DNA of 32,000 bases, taken from contig NZ_LN885086.1 of NCBI RefSeq assembly GCF_001458695.1, positions 1,860,001 through 1,892,000 of the forward strand. The letters are read 5' to 3'. The notes under the pieces are model-generated. The model saw only the letters and a program-made list of their open reading frames with translations. It was not told the DNA's origin and searched no databases. Shown one piece after another: positions 16,871-23,935 of the stretch. Within the stretch, counting starts at the first letter, position 1. Every line of letters begins with the position of its first letter. The position numbers and the translations under genes are program-made. The DNA is from Candidatus Nitrospira inopinata (GTDB lineage Bacteria > Nitrospirota > Nitrospiria > Nitrospirales > Nitrospiraceae).

Positions 16871-16946
16871 GGGCGGATAGCTCAGTTGGAAGAGCGCTGC
16901 CCTTACAAGGCAGAGGTCACAGGTTCGATCCCTGTTCCGCCTACCA
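16871..16946 (+). tRNA. tRNA-Val (anticodon TAC)
   Basis: A cloverleaf can be read directly. The acceptor stem is GGGCGGA/TCCGCCT with a G1:U72 wobble. The D arm is AGCTCAGTTGGAAGAGC. The anticodon stem is CTGCC/GGCAG with loop CTTACAA. The T arm is ACAGGTTCGATCCCTGT. Discriminator A and an encoded CCA follow. Confidence 0.93.
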
Positions 16947-16955
16947 GAAGGAATG

Positions 16956-16976
16956 GGGAGTCTCCTGCTGAAAAGG
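16956..16976 (+). repeat. Copy 1 of the 21-nt motif GGGAGTCTCCT(C)GCTGAAA(A)GG, downstream of tRNA-Val
   Basis: GGGAGTCTCCTGCTGAAAAGG, read directly. It contains the hairpin CTCCT-gctgaaa-AGGAG. Confidence 0.6.
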
Positions 16977-17069
16977 AGTTTCCGCAAGGCCTCGTAGAAG
17001 GCGAGGCTGCGGGGAGACCCGTACACGGGTTTCGTCAATTCGAATCCTCCGCCGCAAGCAGACTTAAGA

Positions 17070-17147
17070 GGGGCCGTCGTTCAGCTTGGTTAGGACGCCA
17101 GATTGTCAATCTGGAGGTCGCGGGTTCAAATCCCGTCGGCCCCGCCA
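17070..17147 (+). tRNA. tRNA-Asp (anticodon GTC)
   Basis: The acceptor stem is GGGGCCG/CGGCCCC. The anticodon stem is CCAGA/TCTGG with loop TTGTCAA. The T arm is GCGGGTTCAAATCCCGT. Discriminator G and an encoded CCA follow. Confidence 0.93.
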
Positions 17148-17227
17148 TAGTTCACCATGCTCCGCCACCGGTGGCAGCCCATGATCGAGGGCTCCGAGGC
17201 ATACCCCTATCCTGCTCATGTGAGTCC

Positions 17228-17248
17228 GGGAGTCTCCTCGCTGAAAGG
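17228..17248 (+). repeat. Copy 2 of the 21-nt motif, downstream of tRNA-Asp
   Basis: GGGAGTCTCCTCGCTGAAAGG, read directly. It contains the hairpin TCCTCG-ctgaaaggc-CGAGGA. Confidence 0.6.
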
Positions 17249-17301
17249 CCGAGGACGATCTGCACAGAAAGACTTTCGGCGGCTCCTTCTGTTCCGGAGT
17301 T

Positions 17302-17310
17302 TGCTACAAT
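17302..17310 (+). promoter_or_regulatory. Candidate extended -10 promoter (TGcTACAAT) for the tol-pal operon
   Basis: TGCTACAAT matches TGnTAnAAT. There is no good -35, which extended -10 promoters tolerate. It lies about 70 nt upstream of the tolQ ATG. Confidence 0.35.
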
Positions 17311-17378
17311 TCAATCGACTCAATCGATCGTCCCGCGTGGCAGGGACGTGATAGGGAGGAGAGGAAAGGCGTCAAACC

Positions 17379-18107
17379 ATGTTTCAAGCGGATCCGATCA
17401 CCGTCGTTGCATCGCTCGGCCTCGTGGCGAAGGTGGTCTTGTCGTTGCTGTTGTGTTTCTCCATCGTGTCCTGGGCGATCATTTTGTATAAGTGGTGGAC
17501 CTTCCGGACGGTCGATGTGGAGGATCGGCGGTTCATGGCGGTGCTGTCCAAAGCCAAGGATCTGGATGAAATCGCGCGCCATGCCCACAGGACGAGCGAA
17601 AGTCCCTGCGCCAAGGTGTACCACGGCGTCGTCGATCGGTTGAATCGGGCCTCGAAGGAGGAGTGGGATCCGCACGATTCCGCCGTTCCCTCGCCGACGA
17701 TGGATCGGCACATGATGGAACGGGCGGCCGCGCACGTCGCTCAAGGACAAATTGCCAGGCTCGAGTCGCTCCTGCCGTTTTTGGCGACGACCGGGAACAT
17801 CAGTCCCTTTGTGGGGCTGTTGGGTACCGTGGTCGGCATCATCGATTCGTTCCGAGAGATCGGCGCGCAAGGCACGGCGAGCATCGCGGCCGTGGCGCCC
17901 GGCGTGTCCGAGGCGCTGATCGCGACGGCGGCCGGATTATTCGCGGCGATTCCCGCCGTCATCGCCTACAATTACTTTTTGGGCCGCATCCGTCGCGCGG
18001 CGTTTCGGATGGATGCCGTGGTCGTGGAGCTGTTGGCGTTGCTCTCCGCCAAGCCCCAACAGACCTCCGCCAAGCCGCAATTGGTTCCCTGGGGAGCGAA
18101 GGGATGA
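17379..18107 (+). CDS. tolQ: Tol-Pal system protein TolQ (MotA/TolQ/ExbB proton channel)
   Basis: A three-TM MotA/ExbB-type protein with the C-terminal signature LATTGNISPFVGLLGTVVGII...VAPGVSEALIATAAGLFAAIPAVIAYNYF. It is followed by tolR, tolA, tolB and pal. Confidence 0.9.
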   Translation: MFQADPITVVASLGLVAKVVLSLLLCFSIVSWAIILYKWWTFRTVDVEDRRFMAVLSKAKDLDEIARHAHRTSESPCAKVYHGVVDRLNRASKEEWDPHDSAVPSPTMDRHMMERAAAHVAQGQIARLESLLPFLATTGNISPFVGLLGTVVGIIDSFREIGAQGTASIAAVAPGVSEALIATAAGLFAAIPAVIAYNYFLGRIRRAAFRMDAVVVELLALLSAKPQQTSAKPQLVPWGAKG

Positions 18108-18547
18108 TGCTTGAGAGCAGGCAACGGCGGTTTCTGGCGGAGATCAACGTTATTCCGCTGGTCGATGTCGTGCTGGTTCTGTTGGTGATCTTCATGGTCA
18201 CGGCTCCGATGTTGTACCGTGGAATGGACATCAATCTGCCAACGTCCGCTTCCAACACGATTAAACCCGAGATGCGAATGGTTCTCACGATCGAAAAGGA
18301 TCAGCGTTTGTATCTTGATAAGGATCAGGTGGGGCTTGCGCAGTTGGAACGAAAGCTCCGCCTCCTGAAAGAGGAACGACGCGACGTGTCGCTCTATCTC
18401 AGGGCGGACCGAGACGTGCCCTACGGTGTCGTGGTTCAGGTGATGGACGCGGTGAAAAAGGCCGGTATCGAGAAGCTCGGCATGGTGACCGATCCGACGG
18501 GTCCGGAACCTGTCGCCGACGCCGTCGCGCCGGCGCGCAAGCAGTAA
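18104..18547 (+). CDS. tolR: Tol-Pal system protein TolR (ExbD/TolR family)
   Basis: ATG 18104 overlaps the tolQ stop (ATGA). EINVIPLVDVVLVLLVIFMVTAP contains the conserved TM Asp. The C-terminal reads LYLRADRDVPYGVVVQVMDAVKKAG. Confidence 0.9.
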   Translation: MMLESRQRRFLAEINVIPLVDVVLVLLVIFMVTAPMLYRGMDINLPTSASNTIKPEMRMVLTIEKDQRLYLDKDQVGLAQLERKLRLLKEERRDVSLYLRADRDVPYGVVVQVMDAVKKAGIEKLGMVTDPTGPEPVADAVAPARKQ

Positions 18548-18554
18548 GGCGAGG

Positions 18555-19565
18555 ATGGGCATGGCGCAGGCCTCCGCGTCGGCAGGGTATTGGATGGAGG
18601 AGCGGCAAGCCGATGTGAGTCATCGGTTCTGGCTCGCCGTGGCAGGGTCCTTTTTTTTGCACGTGGGAGTGCTGGCGTTCGTTACGTGGGTGCGCTTCCC
18701 CCAGCCCGGTGAAAGGCCGTTGGCTTCAGCAATCGAGGTGTCCTTGGCTTCGGAGCCGAGTCCGCCAAGTCCGTTGCCCAAACCGGTTGATCCGCCGAAA
18801 GTTCAGGTCAAAGCACCGGCAAAAGCGATGACGGCTCCTCCGCCGCCACCGCCGATGAAGGCGACCCCGGTGCCGACACCCGCGCCGCCTCCGGTACCGT
18901 TGGCACCTCCGGCACCGGTGAATCAACCGGCCAGGGACGTGATGGCCAAACTGGAATTGCCGCCCGATGCGCCGAAATTAGGGGACCTGAGCCCGGCGGA
19001 GCGTCCGGTCAAGCGGCAACTCAAGCTGCCCGATGTTCCGATTGTTTCCGACGCGACCGAGCCGCTCAGGAAAGCCTCGGAGAGCAAACCGCGACCCTCG
19101 CTGGCCGAGGAGTTGAACAAAGAACTCGATCAGGAGTTGCGGAACATCAGAAAAATCGATCTTGCCCAGTCTCCGCCGTCGGAGTCGCCTCCGAAGCCGG
19201 CTCCTCAGGTCGAAGCGAAGGCGCCAAGCGTCAAAACGGTCGATACGACGCTGAAAATCGCCGGCGTCGCGTCCGGCTCCAATGCGTATCTCGGCCGTGT
19301 TCGACAACGGATCAGCAGTTTTTGGAATGCGCCGCCGATCGACCTCACGGGCCGGACCTACGTCGTTGTCATCCGATTCCGGCTCCATCGCGACGGGTCG
19401 GTGACCGAAGTGGAGGTTGAGCGGTCATCCGGCAATGAGTACTATGATCTGGCGGGAAAACGAGCCGTGATCAGCGCGATTCCCTTGCCGGCGTTTCCGC
19501 CCGAAGTGGCGGAATCCCATTACGACGCCCATTTCACGTTCACCGTCGGTGACGCACAGGGATAA
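18555..19565 (+). CDS. tolA: TolA-like protein (N-terminal TM anchor, Pro-rich spacer, TonB_C-type C-terminal domain)
   Basis: The TM segment is FWLAVAGSFFLHVGVLAFVTWV. The Pro/Ala/Lys-rich region reads PPSPLPKPVDPPKVQVKAPAKAMTAPPPPPPMKATPVPTPAPPPVP. The C-terminal domain reads YLGRVRQRISSFWNAPP...VVIRFRLHRDGSVTEVEVERSSGNEYYDLAGKRAV. It sits between tolR and tolB. Confidence 0.8.
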   Translation: MGMAQASASAGYWMEERQADVSHRFWLAVAGSFFLHVGVLAFVTWVRFPQPGERPLASAIEVSLASEPSPPSPLPKPVDPPKVQVKAPAKAMTAPPPPPPMKATPVPTPAPPPVPLAPPAPVNQPARDVMAKLELPPDAPKLGDLSPAERPVKRQLKLPDVPIVSDATEPLRKASESKPRPSLAEELNKELDQELRNIRKIDLAQSPPSESPPKPAPQVEAKAPSVKTVDTTLKIAGVASGSNAYLGRVRQRISSFWNAPPIDLTGRTYVVVIRFRLHRDGSVTEVEVERSSGNEYYDLAGKRAVISAIPLPAFPPEVAESHYDAHFTFTVGDAQG

Positions 19566-19569
19566 ATCG

Positions 19570-20907
19570 ATGTCGTCGAAAACCGTCATCGTCGGTCTGT
19601 GCGTGTCGGTCGGGCTGATCTGGATCATTGAGTCCTGGGCGACGGACGTATTTCTTGAGGCGACGCGACCGGATTTTCAGAAAATCCCGGTGGGCGTCGT
19701 CGGAATCGCCGACGCGGGCGGACCTGATTCGCCGGAGGGGCGAATCAAGCTGGGAGCCCGCATTGAGGAAGTGCTCAAGGCCGATCTGCGCCGGTCGCTG
19801 GTGTTTTCTCTCGTGGATGTGGCCGGCCTTGGGGTAAAGGCAAGCGCCTTGGGGACCGAGCCGCATCCGTCGTTCAAACAAGCCGCGGAGCAGGGGGCCT
19901 CTGTGATCGTCTGGGGCAAGGCCGGCATGAAGAGCGAAGACAAGGATGCCGACGTGAACATGGAAGCCTACGTGTATGACGCGGGGAGTGATGAGATGGT
20001 CGGGGGCAAACGATACGTGGGGTCTCCTTCCGTCGTACGGTTGATGGCGCACAGGTTTGCGGATGAGCTGGTGTTTCGGTACACGGGAGAGCCGGGCATC
20101 GCCCGGACCAAGATCGCTTACGTCGCGGAGCAGGGGGCCGCTCGCGAACTCTTCGTGATGGATTATGACGGCTATGAGCCGCGCCAAGTGACGGCGGACG
20201 GGTTCTTGAATCTGATGCCTCGATGGTCGCCGGACCGAAGGTTTTTGGTGTTCACCGCCTATCGTCATCGGAACACGCAAACCATCGATATGATCGAGTT
20301 GGCGACCGGAAAACGCTGGACATTGGTATCGTTGGGCGGTTTGAACATCACGCCGACGTTGTCGCCTGATGGAAATTTCCTCGCGTTTGCTTCGAGTTAC
20401 GAGGGGAATTCCGAACTGTACCGTATGGATACCCGCACCAAGGCCGTTCAGCGGTTGACGGTCAATGCCGCCGGGGATCTTTCTCCAACGTGGTCTCCAT
20501 CTGGCCGCGAACTTGCATTTGTATCGGATAGGAGCGGAGGGCCACAAATCTTTCTCATGAGCGGGGACGGTACCAACGTGCGCCGGTTGACGTTCGAAGG
20601 AGACTATAACGCGGCGCCGGCCTGGTCGCCCCGCGGCAATTGGATCGCCTATGTGTGTCGGACGCCGCGGAAGGAGTACAAACTCTGTCTGATTACTCCC
20701 GATGGTCAGAAGCGCGTCCAATTGACGACGGGGCCTGGGGTTGACGATTCTCCGTCCTGGTCCCCGGACGGGCGGCATCTCGTGTTCAGCTCGACGGTGG
20801 AAGGCAAGAGCCACATCTACATGATCAACGCCGACGGCAAAGATCTTGAGCGGATCACCCATGCCGGGACGCACAACAGCGCTCCGGCCTGGTCGCCGGC
20901 GTCGTGA
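19570..20907 (+). CDS. tolB: Tol-Pal system beta-propeller protein TolB
   Basis: The start is set at ATG 19570, just after the tolA stop. A signal peptide is present, along with repeated propeller blades (SPDGNFLAFAS, SPSGRELAFVSDRSG, SPRGNWIAYV, SPDGRHLVFSS). Confidence 0.92.
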   Translation: MSSKTVIVGLCVSVGLIWIIESWATDVFLEATRPDFQKIPVGVVGIADAGGPDSPEGRIKLGARIEEVLKADLRRSLVFSLVDVAGLGVKASALGTEPHPSFKQAAEQGASVIVWGKAGMKSEDKDADVNMEAYVYDAGSDEMVGGKRYVGSPSVVRLMAHRFADELVFRYTGEPGIARTKIAYVAEQGAARELFVMDYDGYEPRQVTADGFLNLMPRWSPDRRFLVFTAYRHRNTQTIDMIELATGKRWTLVSLGGLNITPTLSPDGNFLAFASSYEGNSELYRMDTRTKAVQRLTVNAAGDLSPTWSPSGRELAFVSDRSGGPQIFLMSGDGTNVRRLTFEGDYNAAPAWSPRGNWIAYVCRTPRKEYKLCLITPDGQKRVQLTTGPGVDDSPSWSPDGRHLVFSSTVEGKSHIYMINADGKDLERITHAGTHNSAPAWSPAS

Positions 20908-21008
20908 TACAGAGAAAAGAATTGAATTGTGCCGGGAGAGTCTTCTCCGTATGCTGGAGAGGACAGTTCTTCAACGAAGCCACAAAAAACCGGAGAAAGG
21001 GAGTCAAT

Positions 21009-21659
21009 ATGACGCGGCTGCGAGCTCTCATCGGTGCGCCATGGGTGATCGGATTATGTCTTCTGATGATGGCCGGATGTGCCTCGAAATCCGTCCGGTC
21101 CGGCGGCAACACCGCGACCTCGCAACAGGATAGAGGTGTATCCGGTCAAGAGATCCCCAATTTGTCGCTGTCCGGGCAGGATGGGGGAAGTTTGCGGGGG
21201 TTGGATAAGAATCCGTCGGAAGAGCGAGTCGGAAGCAACGCGCTCATGGCCAAAGCCGATCCCGACAGCGCCGCTCGTCAGCTCGACGAGCTGCGGGCCG
21301 AACAAGCGGCTTCGGCGGCGGCCGGGTTGCGGGACGTGTTCTTCGCCTTTGACAGTTTTGTGATCACCGAAGAGGGACGCCAGGCCTTATCCCGTAATGC
21401 GGAGTGGGTCAAGTCGAACCGAGGGGTGCAATTGAAGATCGAAGGACACTGTGACGAACGCGGCACGTCGGCCTACAATTTGGTCTTGGGAGAGAAACGC
21501 GCCAAGGCCGCCAGAAATTACCTGGTCGAGCTCGGCGTGCCGCCCGGCCAATTGTCGGTGGTGTCGTACGGCAAGGAACGGCCGTTTTGCAAGGAGCATG
21601 ACGAATCCTGTTATTCACAGAACCGTCGGGCGCACATGGTCGTCAAGGGAGGCAGATAA
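21009..21659 (+). CDS. pal: Peptidoglycan-associated lipoprotein Pal (OmpA-like C-terminal domain)
   Basis: ATG 21009 is preceded by GGGAG. The lipobox is LLMMAGC. The OmpA domain reads VFFAFDSFVITEEGRQAL...IEGHCDERGTSAYNLVLGEKRAKAARNYLVELGV. Confidence 0.92.
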   Translation: MTRLRALIGAPWVIGLCLLMMAGCASKSVRSGGNTATSQQDRGVSGQEIPNLSLSGQDGGSLRGLDKNPSEERVGSNALMAKADPDSAARQLDELRAEQAASAAAGLRDVFFAFDSFVITEEGRQALSRNAEWVKSNRGVQLKIEGHCDERGTSAYNLVLGEKRAKAARNYLVELGVPPGQLSVVSYGKERPFCKEHDESCYSQNRRAHMVVKGGR

Positions 21660-21770
21660 CGAATGCGCCGCCGGCGGCCCCGAAACGGGGGGGTGGTCGC
21701 TGCTGTATACGGCGTTGTGCGCGAATGGAGGAGCGTGGCGATCGGCGGATGATGTCGGAGAGGGACAACT

Positions 21771-23120
21771 ATGAGAAAGGCTGAGACCGCGATTCCCGTC
21801 GTCTTGTCCATCCTGCTGTTCGGGTGTGTCGCGCAAGAATCGGATCTCAGACACACCGAGCGGGTTTTGCAGCAGCGCATTAAGCAGCAGGATGATCAGC
21901 TCTCGCAGGCCAGGGCCAGGCAAGGGCAGGAAATTGCCACGTTGCGGGATCACGAATTGCCTCGACTGCAGGGGGAGGTGGAACGCGCGTTTCATTTGGC
22001 GCAGGAGCTGGAAGCGAAGCAAGAAGACATCAGGCATCGGCTGGCTCAACTGGAACAGCAAGTGAAGAAAATGGACGCCGACCATGCGACGCGGTACGCG
22101 TGGATTCAAAAAAGCTTCGACACGCAGGATGCGAAGGTTGCGGCCAAACTGAACGAACTGTCTCGCGCGATGGAAACCGTCGTGGCGGGAATGAAAAAAG
22201 ATATCGTCGAGGCGGTGCAACGCACCAATGACACCCTGGCCAAACGGGTCAATGAAAGGCTGGAGGAGCAAGAAAGGGAAACGGCCGACCACCGTCAACG
22301 GCTGAACCAGAGCACGGAAAAATTCGTTCAGTTCAATCAGGCGTTGACCGGGTTTCGGGAAGCGTTGACGGAGCTTCACGAGGAAGCGGATCAAAGGGAG
22401 CAAGCGACGGGCAAATCGCTGGAGTCCCTGTCTCAGAATATCCAGGTCCTCTCCGCGCGGATCGCCGAACAAGACCGTCGGATTGAATCGTTGGTGAGGC
22501 TGGTCGAAGCCGGCAACTTTAAAACCGATTCTCGCCAACCGTCGACGAGGTCGGCTCAGCGATCCGATGATCCGTCACTGTCCGACGCCGAGCCCGGTCG
22601 GGTGGATCGGCCCAAGTTTGAAACGGGCGCCGCATCGGCGGCCTTTGATAGGCCGGGCACCGCTCCCGCTTCCATCACGATTACGCCGCCGAAAGAATCG
22701 GCTCCGTCCGAATCGACGACGGCCAAAGCCGATCCCCCTCCCGACCGAGTCCAATACGAGCGGGTGTTGGCGTTGTTTCGTCACGGCGACTTGGAGGGAG
22801 CCCGGAATGGATTCACGGCGTTCTTGTCGGAGTACCCCAATTCCGATCTGGCTCCGAACGCCCGGTATTGGCAGGGCGAGGCCTATTACGGTGAAAAAGA
22901 ATATCAGAAAGCGATCGACGCCTATAATCTGGTCGAGCTGCATTATCCGCGGAGCGACAAGGTGCCGGCCGCGATTCTGAAAAAAGGGTATGCCTATTTG
23001 GCCTTGAAGGACAAAAAACGGGCCGAATCGGCGTTCAAACAGGTGATGACGCTGTATCCCAAGAGTCAGGAAGCGGGAAAAGCGTCCGATAAGCTGGCGC
23101 AACTGAAAACCGGTCGGTGA
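21771..23120 (+). CDS. Long CpoB/YbgF-like lipoprotein: lipobox, ~250-aa coiled-coil-like region, Pro/Ser-rich linker, C-terminal YbgF-type TPR domain
   Basis: The lipobox is ILLFGC. Residues ~25-270 are rich in E/Q/R/K/L/A with few Pro or Gly. The C-terminal domain reads YERVLALFRHGDLEGARNGFTAFLSEYPNSDLAPNARYWQGEAYYGEKEYQKAIDAYNLV, which matches the YbgF TPR pattern. Confidence 0.75.
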   Translation: MRKAETAIPVVLSILLFGCVAQESDLRHTERVLQQRIKQQDDQLSQARARQGQEIATLRDHELPRLQGEVERAFHLAQELEAKQEDIRHRLAQLEQQVKKMDADHATRYAWIQKSFDTQDAKVAAKLNELSRAMETVVAGMKKDIVEAVQRTNDTLAKRVNERLEEQERETADHRQRLNQSTEKFVQFNQALTGFREALTELHEEADQREQATGKSLESLSQNIQVLSARIAEQDRRIESLVRLVEAGNFKTDSRQPSTRSAQRSDDPSLSDAEPGRVDRPKFETGAASAAFDRPGTAPASITITPPKESAPSESTTAKADPPPDRVQYERVLALFRHGDLEGARNGFTAFLSEYPNSDLAPNARYWQGEAYYGEKEYQKAIDAYNLVELHYPRSDKVPAAILKKGYAYLALKDKKRAESAFKQVMTLYPKSQEAGKASDKLAQLKTGR

Positions 23121-23875
23121 TTCTTATGGTGAAGGATCGACGTAAGGCTGCCGCGCTCGCCCCGCTGATCGTTTCGGCGCTCACGGTGGCCGCTTGCGCC
23201 AAACACGCAGATTTTCTGGAGGTGCGCGAACAGCTTTCCGCGATTTCGCGGGCGCAGGAGCATGATCACCAGCGTTTGGATTCGGCGTTGCGGAGAATCG
23301 ACTTGGTCGAACGGTCGAAGGACGCCGAACTGGGCAGGCAGCGGCTCGATGATCTGTCCGTCCGGCTTCAGAAGATCGAGGGCCGGCTGGCGAAACTGGA
23401 AGAGGCGGTGGTCCAGGCGTCGATCAGAACCGATCCCTCATCCGCGCTCAAATCAACCAAACAGGTTCCTTCCGGGGACGCTCAGGCCGGCGCGCCGGGC
23501 ATTACCCCGACGGCCGCCTTCAATCTGGCTTATAATGATTACCTCAACGGCAAATACGAGCTTGCCGTGGCCGGGTTTCAACGGTTCTTGAAAGATTTTC
23601 CGGTGACGTCGCTGAGCCCGAACGCGCAGTATTGGCTGGGAGAGTCCTATTACAAGATGAAGGACTACGGCCACGCCATTCAGGCGTTCGAGTCGCTGGT
23701 GGCCGAATATCCGGGCAATGAGAAAATTCCGGCCGCATTGTACAAGCTTGGATTGGCGACGGCGGAAACCGGCGATCTCGCGAAATCAAGAAAGAACTTG
23801 AAACGTGTGCTCGAGGAGTTTCCCGGCTCGGAGGAGTCTCGAATGGCCAAAATCAAGCTGGCTGAAATCCGATGA
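23117..23875 (+). CDS. cpoB: Cell division coordinator CpoB/YbgF (short coiled coil plus TPR), lipoprotein form
   Basis: The start is GTG 23117 (GTGA overlap) or ATG 23126. The lipobox is LTVAAC. A short coiled coil is followed by AFNLAYNDYLNGKYELAVAGFQRFLKDFPVTSLSPNAQYWLGESYYKMKDYGHAIQAF. Confidence 0.85.
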   Translation: MILMVKDRRKAAALAPLIVSALTVAACAKHADFLEVREQLSAISRAQEHDHQRLDSALRRIDLVERSKDAELGRQRLDDLSVRLQKIEGRLAKLEEAVVQASIRTDPSSALKSTKQVPSGDAQAGAPGITPTAAFNLAYNDYLNGKYELAVAGFQRFLKDFPVTSLSPNAQYWLGESYYKMKDYGHAIQAFESLVAEYPGNEKIPAALYKLGLATAETGDLAKSRKNLKRVLEEFPGSEESRMAKIKLAEIR

Positions 23876-23935
23876 TCGCCGCATCCCGCCGTTCCGTTTC
23901 TTCCCCGCATTTCCATCCGTGAGGAGTTGGATTTC

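Noticed and set aside
15842-17147. A tyrosine recombinase next to tRNA genes as the boundary of an integrated island
   Set aside because: The recombinase looks like housekeeping XerD. The genes downstream of the tRNAs are the core tol-pal cluster. I did not see a direct repeat of either tRNA 3' end elsewhere in the window, though I did not search exhaustively. No phage or transposon genes are present.
16343-17491. ORFs 16343-17038 (minus strand) and 16886-17491 (plus strand) spanning the tRNA region
   Set aside because: They run straight through two well-folded tRNA genes and their spacers, so they are not coding.
19540-20874. 444-aa ORF on the minus strand
   Set aside because: It is antisense to tolB, whose beta-propeller repeats are clear. 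The composition is Arg/Pro-rich and it has no motifs.
20934-20969. A possible third, degenerate copy of the tRNA-downstream motif (GGGAGAGTCTTCTCCGTATGCTGGAGAGG) in the tolB-pal spacer
   Set aside because: It aligns only with several indels, and the similarity is too weak to separate from chance.
21615-22538. 307-aa ORF on the minus strand
   Set aside because: It is antisense to the coiled-coil part of the long CpoB-like gene. It mirrors the low-complexity codon usage and has no RBS or motifs. The same reasoning applies to 23786-24922 (antisense to mutL), 27762-28784 and 27668-28492 (antisense to the PfkB kinase), and 6554-7378 (antisense to the kinase).
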